From contig JADGAL010000001.1 of the NCBI GenBank assembly GCA_015232025.1, positions 1-54,722 of the forward strand: a stretch of 54,722 nt of DNA. Direction: 5' to 3'. This DNA is from Alphaproteobacteria bacterium (GTDB lineage Bacteria > Pseudomonadota > Alphaproteobacteria > Rhodospirillales > Magnetospirillaceae). The position numbers and the translations under genes were made by a program. The notes beneath the pieces were generated by a model. That model was given only the letters and a program-made list of their open reading frames with translations. It had not been told where the DNA came from and made no database searches. Shown piece by piece: positions 15,632 to 23,584 of this stretch; within the stretch, counting starts at the first letter, position 1; every line of letters starts with the position of its first letter.

Positions 15632-16167
15632 CACAGCCGATCGCGGAACTCTTCCAGCCACTCCAGGCGGTTTTCCAACTGGCCGATATCGTGGTCCAGC
15701 CATTCCAGCAGATGATGCCCGCCCTCGGCGACCGTCTGGCGCAGGTCGAGCAGGCGGTTCAACTCGGTCTCGCAGGACTCGATCAGCAGATCGGATTGGT
15801 TGGCCCGCTCGGCCGCGTCGAGCAGATGCAGGAAGCGGAATTTCAGCGCGATCACCAGCTTGCTGAGATCGGTCGCCGGGCGCAGCCGCGCGGTCAGCAA
15901 CGAACCCATCTCGCGCCGCCCGGCGTCGGTCAGCGCCAGCAGCGCGTCGTCCTCCATGCCGCTGCCCTCGATCGCCTCGACCAGACCCTCGTAGCGCAGC
16001 AACTCGATCGAGGTGCCCATCAGGTCGAGCGACGGCCCGATGATCCGGCTGGTCAGATGGCGCACGAAGCCGGCCAAGTCGCCGTAGCGCATCGGCCGCT
16101 CGGCCACCGCCCCCAACGCGCACAGGCGCAGGGCTTCCTTGGGCGTCAGCGTGTTGTCGGCATACAT
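15631..16167 (-). CDS. PadR-like winged-helix transcriptional regulator with coiled-coil C-terminus
   Basis: ATG 16167 (MYADNTL) with AAGGA 9 nt upstream. LRLCALGAVAERPMRYGDLAGFV...SIELLRYEGLVEAI fits the PadR wHTH. C-terminal half is helical. Confidence 0.6.
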   Translation of the reverse strand: MYADNTLTPKEALRLCALGAVAERPMRYGDLAGFVRHLTSRIIGPSLDLMGTSIELLRYEGLVEAIEGSGMEDDALLALTDAGRREMGSLLTARLRPATDLSKLVIALKFRFLHLLDAAERANQSDLLIESCETELNRLLDLRQTVAEGGHHLLEWLDHDIGQLENRLEWLEEFRDRL

Positions 16168-16334
16168 GGCAGGGTCCTTATCGATACCCACCCAATATAG
16201 GCGCTCGCGAGGCGCGCGTCGAGGGGTGCCGAAATCGCGGCGGTGGCTCGCGGCGGTCAGCGCCTCATCGGCCGGCGGCGATCCCAGCCGTGCCGCGCGC
16301 CGCGGCCTGACATTCTTCCGGTTGCACTCAAGCC

Positions 16335-17204
16335 ATGAAGCGGCGCATTCTCTCGGAATGGATGAATCGTCACGAGGGACGCCCTATGCGGCGCGCGATC
16401 ACTGGGAAGCCCATTTCCGAAGGGGACAAGGATGGCGGCAAAAGGCGCCTGACGGTCAAGTGGGCGCTCGCTCTTACGGTCATCGGGCTGTCCATGTGGG
16501 GCCTTCTGGCCTTCCTCGGGGAGGTGCTGGCGGGCGCCCGGCACCATCGGACGCAAGAGAGGATGGACGCGATCATCACGGAAATGGTCCAGTACGCAGC
16601 GGCCTACGGACACCTTCCCTGCCCGGACTTGCTGCAAACCGGCAATCAGCACAGGGGCGATGATGGGATGTGCTTCGGTGACCAGTCTCGGGGCACCGTG
16701 CCGTATCGCGAGTTGGGGATGGACCGGGAAGACGCGCTCGACGGCTACCGGAACTTCATCACCTATCGGGTTGACCCTGTACTTGCCGCATTCACGAAAG
16801 ATGCCCCGCTCAGCCTCAACATGATGATGTGCGAGACGAGCGCGGTGGACACGGGCGGCATGGTCGATTCCTGCGCCCCCGGCGTCCACCCGGCGATGTT
16901 CACGAGAGGGCGGGGGCTTATCGTCGAGAACGAACGGCGGAGGATCGCGGACCCTCAGAACAGTACCGGAGCCGCGTTCGTCCTCATCAGCCACGGCAGA
17001 GACGAGCGCGGGGCTTGCCGCGATCAGGACCGCATGACCCCACCGGCTATCGGGGACGACGCGCCGAATGACTGCGCGAACCCGGTTGCCAATGACGCCA
17101 AGACCGCATACTCGGCGCGATCGTCGGGGGATGACGAATTGCGGTCGGTGAAGGTGGGAGATATGGCCGTGCTCTCCGGCTGGGGGCCGGACATCAAGAG
17201 ATAA
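16335..17204 (+). CDS. membrane-anchored pilin-like (PilV/pseudopilin-type body) hypothetical protein
   Basis: One N-terminal TM segment (WALALTVIGLSMWGLLAFL), then YGHLPCPD...CFGDQSRGTVPYRELGMDREDALDGYRNFITYRV...AAFVLISHGRDERGAC, the body pattern of prepilin-type proteins. No G-FTLIE cleavage motif. Start is uncertain; ATG 16386 has the better RBS (GAGGGA). Lower GC than its neighbours. Confidence 0.55.
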   Translation: MKRRILSEWMNRHEGRPMRRAITGKPISEGDKDGGKRRLTVKWALALTVIGLSMWGLLAFLGEVLAGARHHRTQERMDAIITEMVQYAAAYGHLPCPDLLQTGNQHRGDDGMCFGDQSRGTVPYRELGMDREDALDGYRNFITYRVDPVLAAFTKDAPLSLNMMMCETSAVDTGGMVDSCAPGVHPAMFTRGRGLIVENERRRIADPQNSTGAAFVLISHGRDERGACRDQDRMTPPAIGDDAPNDCANPVANDAKTAYSARSSGDDELRSVKVGDMAVLSGWGPDIKR

Positions 17205-17219
17205 GGGGCGCCCAAGCAA

Positions 17220-17251
17220 GCCCGCCCGGCGCAAGTCAGGCGGACTTTTTT
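17220..17251 (+). terminator. possible intrinsic terminator after the pilin-like gene
   Basis: GCCCGCC (17220-26) pairs with GGCGGAC (17239-45) at 6 of 7 positions, followed by T6 (17246-51). Sits 16 nt after the stop codon. Confidence 0.4.
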
Positions 17252-17357
17252 ATGCCCGCATTTCGTGCGGCTTCCGCTTCTGTTGAACGACTCCCTGGTC
17301 CACACGCTCATCTATGTCGCTTTGACAGGCTGTGGAAAAGCTCGATTTTTCATCGTC

Positions 17358-17377
17358 ATTCCCGCGAAAGCGGGAAT
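17358..17377. repeat. REP-like hairpin ATTCCCGC-GAAA-GCGGGAAT
   Basis: 8-bp perfect stem with a GAAA loop. Translates as the spurious VIPAKAGIH peptide of track ORF 17265..17456. Confidence 0.7.
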
Positions 17378-17434
17378 CCATTGTACCGCCGCAACCATTT
17401 TTAGCGGATCACTCCATCTCTACACCCGACATGG

Positions 17435-17454
17435 ACCCCCGCTTTCGCGGGGGT
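17435..17454. repeat. REP-like hairpin ACCCCCGC-TTTC-GCGGGGGT (same core, opposite orientation)
   Basis: 8-bp perfect stem. The loop is the complement of GAAA. Shares the CCCGC-N4-GCGGG core with 17358..17377, which lies 57 nt away. Confidence 0.7.
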
Positions 17455-17474
17455 GACGAGCCTTAAGGGATTCG

Positions 17475-19088
17475 TCAGCCGATCGCCAATCGCGCCCGGT
17501 GGGGCGCCAGGAAGGACGGGGTGCGCGACTTCGGCACCCTTAGGATGAAATTGTGCCGGGCGACGTGGTAGCTGGGATCGAAGCCGTAGAAGTTCAGCTT
17601 CATGCGGTCCAGTTCCTCGGCGCGGTAGGCGGCGAGCGGTTTTTCGGCCTCGTCCTCGCGGCGGCCGCGGGCCTTTTCGTATAAGCGGTGGCCGATGTCG
17701 AGATCGTTGGCCAATTCGGTGGCGCCGCTCCGCACCGCCTGTTCGAAGCCGTCGCGGTCGAGGCGGGCGTCGATCAGGCCCAAGGCCAGCGCCTCGTCGG
17801 TGCCGACCGGCAGGCGGGCCTGGGTGATGCGTTGGGCGCGCTCGGGGCCGCAGCGGCGCGGCAGCAGATAGGTCCAGTATTCCGAGCCGTACAGGTTGCC
17901 CATGCCCTTGTAGTGCGGGTTGAGGACCACGCCGTCCCTTGCCCACACCGCGTCGGCGGCCAGCGCCAGGAACACGCCGCCCGCCCCGGCGTTGCCGCCT
18001 AGGGCGGCGATCACCCAGCGATCGGTGGTCTCGATGATCGCCTGGGCGAGGTCGTCCATCGCCTGGATGTTGCGCCAGGATTCGTCGGCCGGGCTGTCGG
18101 CCGCCTCGATGGTGGCGAGGTGGATGCCGTTCGACCAGAAATCCGGTCCGCCCATCAGCACCAACACGCGGGTGTCGCGCGTCAAGGCGGCGCGCCACGC
18201 GGCGAGCAGGCGTTCGCATTGCTCGGTGCTCATCGCGCCATTGTGGAAGGGGAAGTGGAGGTAACCGACCGCCCCGTCCTCCTCGTACCACAGGTCGCGC
18301 CAGCCGGGGATTTCCGGCAACTCGGCGCCCAGCGCCTTGGCGGCCGGCAGCTTCAGGCCATCGGCGCCCCGCACCCGGCCCAGCCACACCGCGCCGTCCC
18401 TGGTGGCCCGCGCCACCGCGTCGCCCGAGCGGGCCAGCAGGGCGCCCGGCTCTCCCCCCAGCCCCTCGGCCGGGCTGGCGTCGAACAGGTGGCCGAGCGG
18501 ATCGCGCAAACCGGGATCGCCATCGGCCGAGCGGATCTTGCGCAGCACGGTGGCGGTGTCGTCGCGCGTCCAATCGATGGCGCGGTCGGCTTGGCGGCAG
18601 GCCGGACGCATCGGCGCGAGCGGCACCCGGCACGGACGGGGGGAACCCGACAGCGCCTCGCGCACGCACTGGACCGCCGCCTCGGCGATTTCGTGGCGGT
18701 ACAGGCTGGATTTGGTCGCCTCGCGCATCGGGAAGCGGGCCGAGGCCCAGACCGGGCCGGCATCCATCTCGGCCTCGGCCTGCAGCAGGGTGACCCCCCA
18801 CTCGGCGCGGCCCTCCAGGATCGCCCAGTCGAGCGCCGACGGCCCGCGATCGCCCTCGGGGCCGGGATGGACCACCAGACAGGTGCGCTCGCGCCACAGC
18901 GCCTCGGGGATGGCGCGCTTGAGGAACGGCGCGATCACCAGATCGGGGCGGCACAGCGCCACCGCTTCCAGGGTGGTGGCGTCGTTGACGTCGAATTCGA
19001 CGAACACCTCGTGGCCCATGTCGCGCAGCTCGACGAACAGGCGTTGGGCCAGCGAGTTGAAGGCGTGGGTGAGCAGCAGGACGCGCAT
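17475..19088 (-). CDS. hypX: hydrogenase maturation factor HypX/HoxX (formyltransferase-like N-domain plus crotonase-like C-domain)
   Basis: ATG 19088 (MRVLLLTHAFNSLAQRLFVEL) is 2 nt after the hypE stop. N-terminal Fmt-like fold (LVIAPFLKRAIP, VVHPGPEGDRGPSALDWAI). C-terminal enoyl-CoA-hydratase-like (VLVLMGGPDFWSNGIHL, GGNAGAGGVFLALAAD). The upstream 123 codons of the track ORF are not coding. Confidence 0.85.
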   Translation of the reverse strand: MRVLLLTHAFNSLAQRLFVELRDMGHEVFVEFDVNDATTLEAVALCRPDLVIAPFLKRAIPEALWRERTCLVVHPGPEGDRGPSALDWAILEGRAEWGVTLLQAEAEMDAGPVWASARFPMREATKSSLYRHEIAEAAVQCVREALSGSPRPCRVPLAPMRPACRQADRAIDWTRDDTATVLRKIRSADGDPGLRDPLGHLFDASPAEGLGGEPGALLARSGDAVARATRDGAVWLGRVRGADGLKLPAAKALGAELPEIPGWRDLWYEEDGAVGYLHFPFHNGAMSTEQCERLLAAWRAALTRDTRVLVLMGGPDFWSNGIHLATIEAADSPADESWRNIQAMDDLAQAIIETTDRWVIAALGGNAGAGGVFLALAADAVWARDGVVLNPHYKGMGNLYGSEYWTYLLPRRCGPERAQRITQARLPVGTDEALALGLIDARLDRDGFEQAVRSGATELANDLDIGHRLYEKARGRREDEAEKPLAAYRAEELDRMKLNFYGFDPSYHVARHNFILRVPKSRTPSFLAPHRARLAIG

Positions 19089-19090
19089 GG

Positions 19091-20122
19091 TCAGCAAATC
19101 CGCGGCAGTTGCTCGCCGGCCAGCCAGTCGACGATGCGGGTGCCGCCGAAGGCCGTCTCCATCTGCACGAAATGGTGCGGGTCCTCGACCACCGCGCCGA
19201 TCATCGCGGCGTCGCGGCCCAGCGGATGGGCGCGCATCACGGCGAGCAGGCGCGGGGCGTCCTGGGCGGCGCAGATGGCGATCAGCTTGCCCTCGTTGGC
19301 GACGTAAAGCGGATCGAGCCCCAGCAATTCGCAGGCGCCACGCACCGAATCGCGCACCGGGATGGCGGCCTCGCGGATCATCATGCCGACCCCCGACTGG
19401 ACCGCCAGTTCGTTGAGCGTCGAGGCCAGCCCGCCGCGGGTCGGATCGCGCAGGCAATGGAGGTCCCGCACCGCCTCGACCATCGCCGCGACCAGCCCGT
19501 GCAGGGCCGCCGAGTCCGACAGCAAATCGGTCTGGAAGCTGAGATTCTCGCGCTTCGACATCACCGCCACGCCATGATCGCCCATCGTGCCGCTGATCAG
19601 GATGGCGTCGCCCGGCCGCGCCCGGTCGCCCGAGATGGTCACGCCCTCGGGCACCACGCCGATCCCGGTGGTGGTGATGAACACGCCGTCGCCCTTGCCC
19701 TTCTCGACCACCTTGGTGTCGCCGGTGACGATCGGCACCCCCGCCTCGCGCGACGCCGCCGCCATGCTTTCGACGATGCGGCGCAGGTCGGCAAGCGGCA
19801 AACCCTCCTCGATCACGAAGGCCGCCGACAGGGCCACCGGCCGCGCCCCGGCCATCGCCACGTCATTGATGGTGCCGTGAACCGCCAGCGAGCCGATGTC
19901 GCCGCCGGGAAAGAACAGCGGCGAGATCACGTAGCCGTCGGTGCTCATCACCACCCGCCCGGCCGGCATCGCCAAGCACGCCTGGTCATTGCGCTGGCGC
20001 AGGAAATCATTGTCGAAGGCGGCCAGGAACAGTTCCTCGACCAATTGCTGCATGGCCCGCCCTCCCCCGCCATGGGTGAGGTCGACACGGCCATTGCGGA
20101 AGTCGAGGGAGCGGGACGTCAT
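19091..20122 (-). CDS. hypE: hydrogenase maturation protein HypE
   Basis: 343 aa with a PurM-like fold. Ends with the diagnostic C-terminal PRIC. ATG at 20122. Confidence 0.95.
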   Translation of the reverse strand: MTSRSLDFRNGRVDLTHGGGGRAMQQLVEELFLAAFDNDFLRQRNDQACLAMPAGRVVMSTDGYVISPLFFPGGDIGSLAVHGTINDVAMAGARPVALSAAFVIEEGLPLADLRRIVESMAAASREAGVPIVTGDTKVVEKGKGDGVFITTTGIGVVPEGVTISGDRARPGDAILISGTMGDHGVAVMSKRENLSFQTDLLSDSAALHGLVAAMVEAVRDLHCLRDPTRGGLASTLNELAVQSGVGMMIREAAIPVRDSVRGACELLGLDPLYVANEGKLIAICAAQDAPRLLAVMRAHPLGRDAAMIGAVVEDPHHFVQMETAFGGTRIVDWLAGEQLPRIC

Positions 20123-20151
20123 GGGGCGGCCTTCGTCGAAAAGTTCGAGAG

Positions 20152-20242
20152 AAACACCAAGGACACCAAGGACACGAAGACGTCCGCGCCGTCACCCGCA
20201 GCCCGCGTCACGTCCTTGGTGTCCTTGGTGTCCTTGGTGTTT
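20152..20242. repeat. long inverted repeat built from tandem 9-mers (CACCAAGGA)n between hypD and hypE
   Basis: Left arm 20152-20183, right arm 20210-20242. 24 consecutive perfect base pairs (20152-75 with 20219-42) plus 7 more after one mismatch and one bulge. Loop about 26 nt. The right arm is TCCTTGGTG x3 exactly. Confidence 0.9.
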
Positions 20243-20246
20243 CCAA

Positions 20247-21374
20247 TCATCTTTTGCTCCGGAACCGCCCATACGTCCAGTGCGCCGCGCAGGCGCCTTC
20301 GGCGGAGACCATGCACGAGCCCATTGGCGTCTCGGGGGTGCAGGCGGTGCCGAACAGTTTGCAGTCGGCGGGTTTCTTGACGCCGCGCAGGATGGCGCCG
20401 CATTCGCAGGCCTTGTTGTCGGGCGGGCTGTCGGCCGGCACCGCGAAGCGGCGCTCGGCGTCGAATTCGGCCCACTCGTTCTTGATGCGCAGGGCGCTGT
20501 AGGGCACCACGCCCAAGCCCCGCCATTCGAACGAGCGGCGCAGCTCGAAGATTTCGGCGACCAGGGCCTGGGCCTTGTGATTGCCGTCGCGGGTGACGGC
20601 GCGGCTGAATTCGTTCTCGACCTCGTGGCGGCCCTGGTTGACCTGACGCACCAGCATCAGGATGGCCTGCATCACGTCGAGCGGCTCGAAGCCGGCGATC
20701 ACCACCGGGCGGCGGTATTCCTCGGCGAAATATTCGTAAGGCCGGCTGCCGATCACCGTCGAGACGTGGGCCGGGCCGATGAAGCCCTCGAGCGGCACCA
20801 GCCCCAACTCGCGCACCTCGGGGCTGTCCAGAATGTTGGCGATCGCCGAGGGCGTCAGGACGTGGTTGCAGAACACCGAGAAATTGCCCAGCCCCAGCGC
20901 CCGCGCCTGACGGATCGCCACCGCCGTGGGCGGCGTGGTGGTCTCGAAGCCGATCGCGAAGAACACCACCTGTCGGCCCGGCTCGTCCTGTGCGATGCGC
21001 AGCGCGTCGGCGGTGGAATAGACCATGCGGATGTCGCAGCCCTCGGCCTTGGCTTTGAGCAGGCTGGTGCGCTTCGAGCCCGGCACGCGCAGCATGTCGC
21101 CATACGAGCACAGGATCACCCCCGGCTGGCGCGCCAGATGGATCGCCGCGTCGATCCGCCCGATCGGCAGCACGCAGACCGGGCAACCCGGCCCGTGGAT
21201 CATGCGCACGTTTTCGGGCAGCAGATCCTCGATGCCATAGCGCGAGATGGCGTGGGTGTGGCCGCCGCAGAATTCCATGAAGTGATAGCGCCGCTCGGGG
21301 CGCGCCTCGGCGGCGATGGCGCGGGCCAGGCCGCGCGCCACCTCGCCGTCGCGGAACTCGTCGACATACTTCAT
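20247..21374 (-). CDS. hypD: hydrogenase maturation protein HypD
   Basis: MKYVDEFRD..., FCGGHTH, GPGCPVCV, GFETT, GPAHVS. ATG 21374 overlaps the hypC stop (ATGA). Confidence 0.95.
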   Translation of the reverse strand: MKYVDEFRDGEVARGLARAIAAEARPERRYHFMEFCGGHTHAISRYGIEDLLPENVRMIHGPGCPVCVLPIGRIDAAIHLARQPGVILCSYGDMLRVPGSKRTSLLKAKAEGCDIRMVYSTADALRIAQDEPGRQVVFFAIGFETTTPPTAVAIRQARALGLGNFSVFCNHVLTPSAIANILDSPEVRELGLVPLEGFIGPAHVSTVIGSRPYEYFAEEYRRPVVIAGFEPLDVMQAILMLVRQVNQGRHEVENEFSRAVTRDGNHKAQALVAEIFELRRSFEWRGLGVVPYSALRIKNEWAEFDAERRFAVPADSPPDNKACECGAILRGVKKPADCKLFGTACTPETPMGSCMVSAEGACAAHWTYGRFRSKR

Positions 21375-21592
21375 GCCAGGGCGGCCATTTCGGCGAACAA
21401 GGCCAGGGTCTTGGCGGCCTCGTCGGGATCGACCTTGGACAGCGCGTAGCCGACATGGACGATGACGTAGTCGCCCTCGGCCACGTCGGCGACCAGGGCC
21501 AGCGAGACCTCCTTGCCGACGCCGCCCAGTTCGACGACCGCCATGTCGTCGGGCAGGAGCCGCGTCACGCGGGCGGGCAAGGCGAGACACAT
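21371..21592 (-). CDS. hypC: hydrogenase maturation chaperone HypC
   Basis: 73 aa with N-terminal MCLALPARV (essential Cys2). GDYVIVHVGYA. Confidence 0.9.
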   Translation of the reverse strand: MCLALPARVTRLLPDDMAVVELGGVGKEVSLALVADVAEGDYVIVHVGYALSKVDPDEAAKTLALFAEMAALA

Positions 21593-21601
21593 GACGACCT
21601 C

Positions 21602-22699
21602 TCAGGACAGGGCGTGAAGACCGGCGATCCAGGCTTGGCCCAGGCTGACCGCCGGATCGCCCGGCGAGGCGAGCAGCGGGCGCAGCACCCGGACGCCGCG
21701 GGACCGCAGGGCCGGCGGCAAGCTCGCCCCCAGCACCTTGTTGAAGAAACACCCGCCGCCCAGGGCGACGGTCGCCACGCCGGTTTCGGCGGCGGCCTCG
21801 GCCACCCACTCGGCCAAGGCGGCGGACAGGGTGCCATGAAACAGATCGGCGCCCTCGGCCGGATCGGCAAGGTCGGCGAGATGGGCGAGCAACGGCAGCG
21901 TATCGAGCACGCCCGCCTCGATCGACCAGCTTCCGTACAGCACCCGCGGCACCCGCACCATGGCCTCCAGCGCCATCGGCGCCTGGCCCTCGAAATCCGC
22001 GACCGGATGCACGCCCAGCAGCCCGCAGGCGGCGTCGAACAGCCGCCCGCACGAGGTGGTCGGCGGGCTGTTCACCCCCTTGTCGATCACCTCGGCCAGC
22101 AGGGCCGCCGCGCGGAACTGTGCGAATCGACTGGCGATCTCGGCGCCGCGCGCCATGCGGTGGAGCGCCGCCGCCGCCATCCGCCACGGCTCGCGCGCCG
22201 CCAGATCGCCGCCGGGTTGGCGCAGCGGCGCCAAGTGACCGAGGCGGCGCCACTCCGGCCCATCGACCAGCAGCAACTCTCCCCCCCAGGATTCGTTGCC
22301 CGGCCCCAGCCCGAAGCCATCGAGCGACAACCCGAGCACCGGCCCGAGATGGCCGTTCTCGGCGGCCACGGCGGCGGCGTGGGCGTGGTGGTGCTGCACC
22401 GCCAGGATGGGCAGGCCGCTCGCTCCGGCCCAACGGGTGGAGTGGAAATCGGGGTGCAGATCGTGGGCGACCAGCACCGGCTCGGCGCCGACCGCGTCCT
22501 TCAGGCGCGCGATGGCGTGCTCGAAGGCGGCGATGGCGGCGGCGGTGTCGAGATTGCCGCAGGGCGCGCTGACATAGGCGCGGTCGCCCGCCGTCAGGCA
22601 GACGGTGTTCTTGAGAAAGGCCCCGACCGCCAGCACGCAAGGCACCGCCTTAGGCAGCACCACTTCCAGTTCGAAGGCGTAACGCGGCGCTCCATCCAT
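21602..22699 (-). CDS. hypF: short HypF: Kae1/ASKHA-like carbamoyltransferase domain only
   Basis: 365 aa. VLAVGAFLKNTVCL, VAHDLHPDFHST, VQHHHAHAAAV, ESWGGELL, GGGCFFNKVL align to the C-terminal half of HypF. ATG 22699 lies 6 nt after the hypB stop, leaving no room for acylphosphatase, Zn-finger or YrdC-like domains. Confidence 0.8.
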   Translation of the reverse strand: MDGAPRYAFELEVVLPKAVPCVLAVGAFLKNTVCLTAGDRAYVSAPCGNLDTAAAIAAFEHAIARLKDAVGAEPVLVAHDLHPDFHSTRWAGASGLPILAVQHHHAHAAAVAAENGHLGPVLGLSLDGFGLGPGNESWGGELLLVDGPEWRRLGHLAPLRQPGGDLAAREPWRMAAAALHRMARGAEIASRFAQFRAAALLAEVIDKGVNSPPTTSCGRLFDAACGLLGVHPVADFEGQAPMALEAMVRVPRVLYGSWSIEAGVLDTLPLLAHLADLADPAEGADLFHGTLSAALAEWVAEAAAETGVATVALGGGCFFNKVLGASLPPALRSRGVRVLRPLLASPGDPAVSLGQAWIAGLHALS

Positions 22700-22705
22700 C
22701 CCGGA

Positions 22706-23584
22706 TCAGTCCTCGATGCTTTGACGCACGGCCCGCAGCTTGGCTTCCAGCGACGCCGCGCGCCGGGCCAGCGCCGTCTTGCGGCCGGCGGCGATCCAGT
22801 CCAGCCAAGCGTCGAAGCCCTGCCGCGTCTTGGCCGACAACTCGATCACTTTGATCCCCGGATTGACCTGCCGGGCATAGCCCACGCAGCGCGCCACATC
22901 GAAATCGAGATGGGGCAGCAGGTCGATCTTGTTCAGGATCATCAGGCCGGCGGCATGGAACATGTCGGGATATTTCAGCGGCTTGTCTTCGCCCTCGGTG
23001 ACCGACAGCACCACCACCTTGGCGTCCTCGCCCAGATCGAAGGCGGCGGGGCAGACCAGATTGCCGACATTCTCGACGAACAGCACGCCCTCCTCGGGCG
23101 GACCCAGCCGGTCGAGCGCGTGGCCGACCATATGGGCGTCGAGATGGCAGCCCTTGCCGGTGTTGACCTGCACGGCCGGCGCGCCGGTGGCGCGGATGCG
23201 GTCGGCGTCGAAGCTGGTCTGCTGATCGCCCTCGATCACCGCGACGGGAAAGCGGCCCGACAGCGCGCCGATCGTCTCGACCAGCAGCGTCGTCTTGCCC
23301 GAGCCGGGGCTGGAGACCAGGTTCAGCGCGAACACCCCCGCCTCGGCGAGGCGCTGGCGGTTGGTGGCCGCCAAGGCGTCGTTGTGTCCTAAGATGTCCT
23401 TCTCGATCTGCACGATGCGCTTTTGGCTAAGGCCGGGGACGTGGACCCCCGCCAGCCCGGCGCCCCAATGCTGGTGGTCGTGGTCGTGGTGATGATCGTG
23501 GTCGTGGTCATGGTCATGGCCGTGGTCGTGACCATGATCGTGGGAATGCCCGTGCGTGTCGCCGCAGCCGCAGACCGTGCACAT
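22706..23584 (-). CDS. hypB: hydrogenase nickel-incorporation GTPase HypB with a His-rich tract
   Basis: MCTVCGCG N-terminal metal site. [29 protein letters not shown] tract. P-loop [21 protein letters not shown] 23584 overlaps the hypA stop (ATGA). Confidence 0.9.
   Translation of the reverse strand: MCTVCGCGDTHGHSHDHGHDHGHDHDHDHDHHHDHDHQHWGAGLAGVHVPGLSQKRIVQIEKDILGHNDALAATNRQRLAEAGVFALNLVSSPGSGKTTLLVETIGALSGRFPVAVIEGDQQTSFDADRIRATGAPAVQVNTGKGCHLDAHMVGHALDRLGPPEEGVLFVENVGNLVCPAAFDLGEDAKVVVLSVTEGEDKPLKYPDMFHAAGLMILNKIDLLPHLDFDVARCVGYARQVNPGIKVIELSAKTRQGFDAWLDWIAAGRKTALARRAASLEAKLRAVRQSIED

Noticed and set aside
17265-17456. 63-aa ORF containing VIPAKAGIH
   Set aside because: It is the translation of the REP-type hairpin, not a gene. 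It has no RBS and lies in the AT-richer intergenic spacer.
20152-20242. Possibility that the 9-mer tandem repeats are a CRISPR array
   Set aside because: The units are 9 bp and directly abutting, with no spacers. The two blocks are inverted relative to each other, and no cas genes are present.
20119-20260. Peptides NTKDTKDTKD / LVSLVSLVF in several track ORFs across the hypD-hypE spacer
   Set aside because: These come from translating the tandem 9-mer inverted repeat in different frames. The true hypE start (20122) and hypD stop (20247) bracket it.
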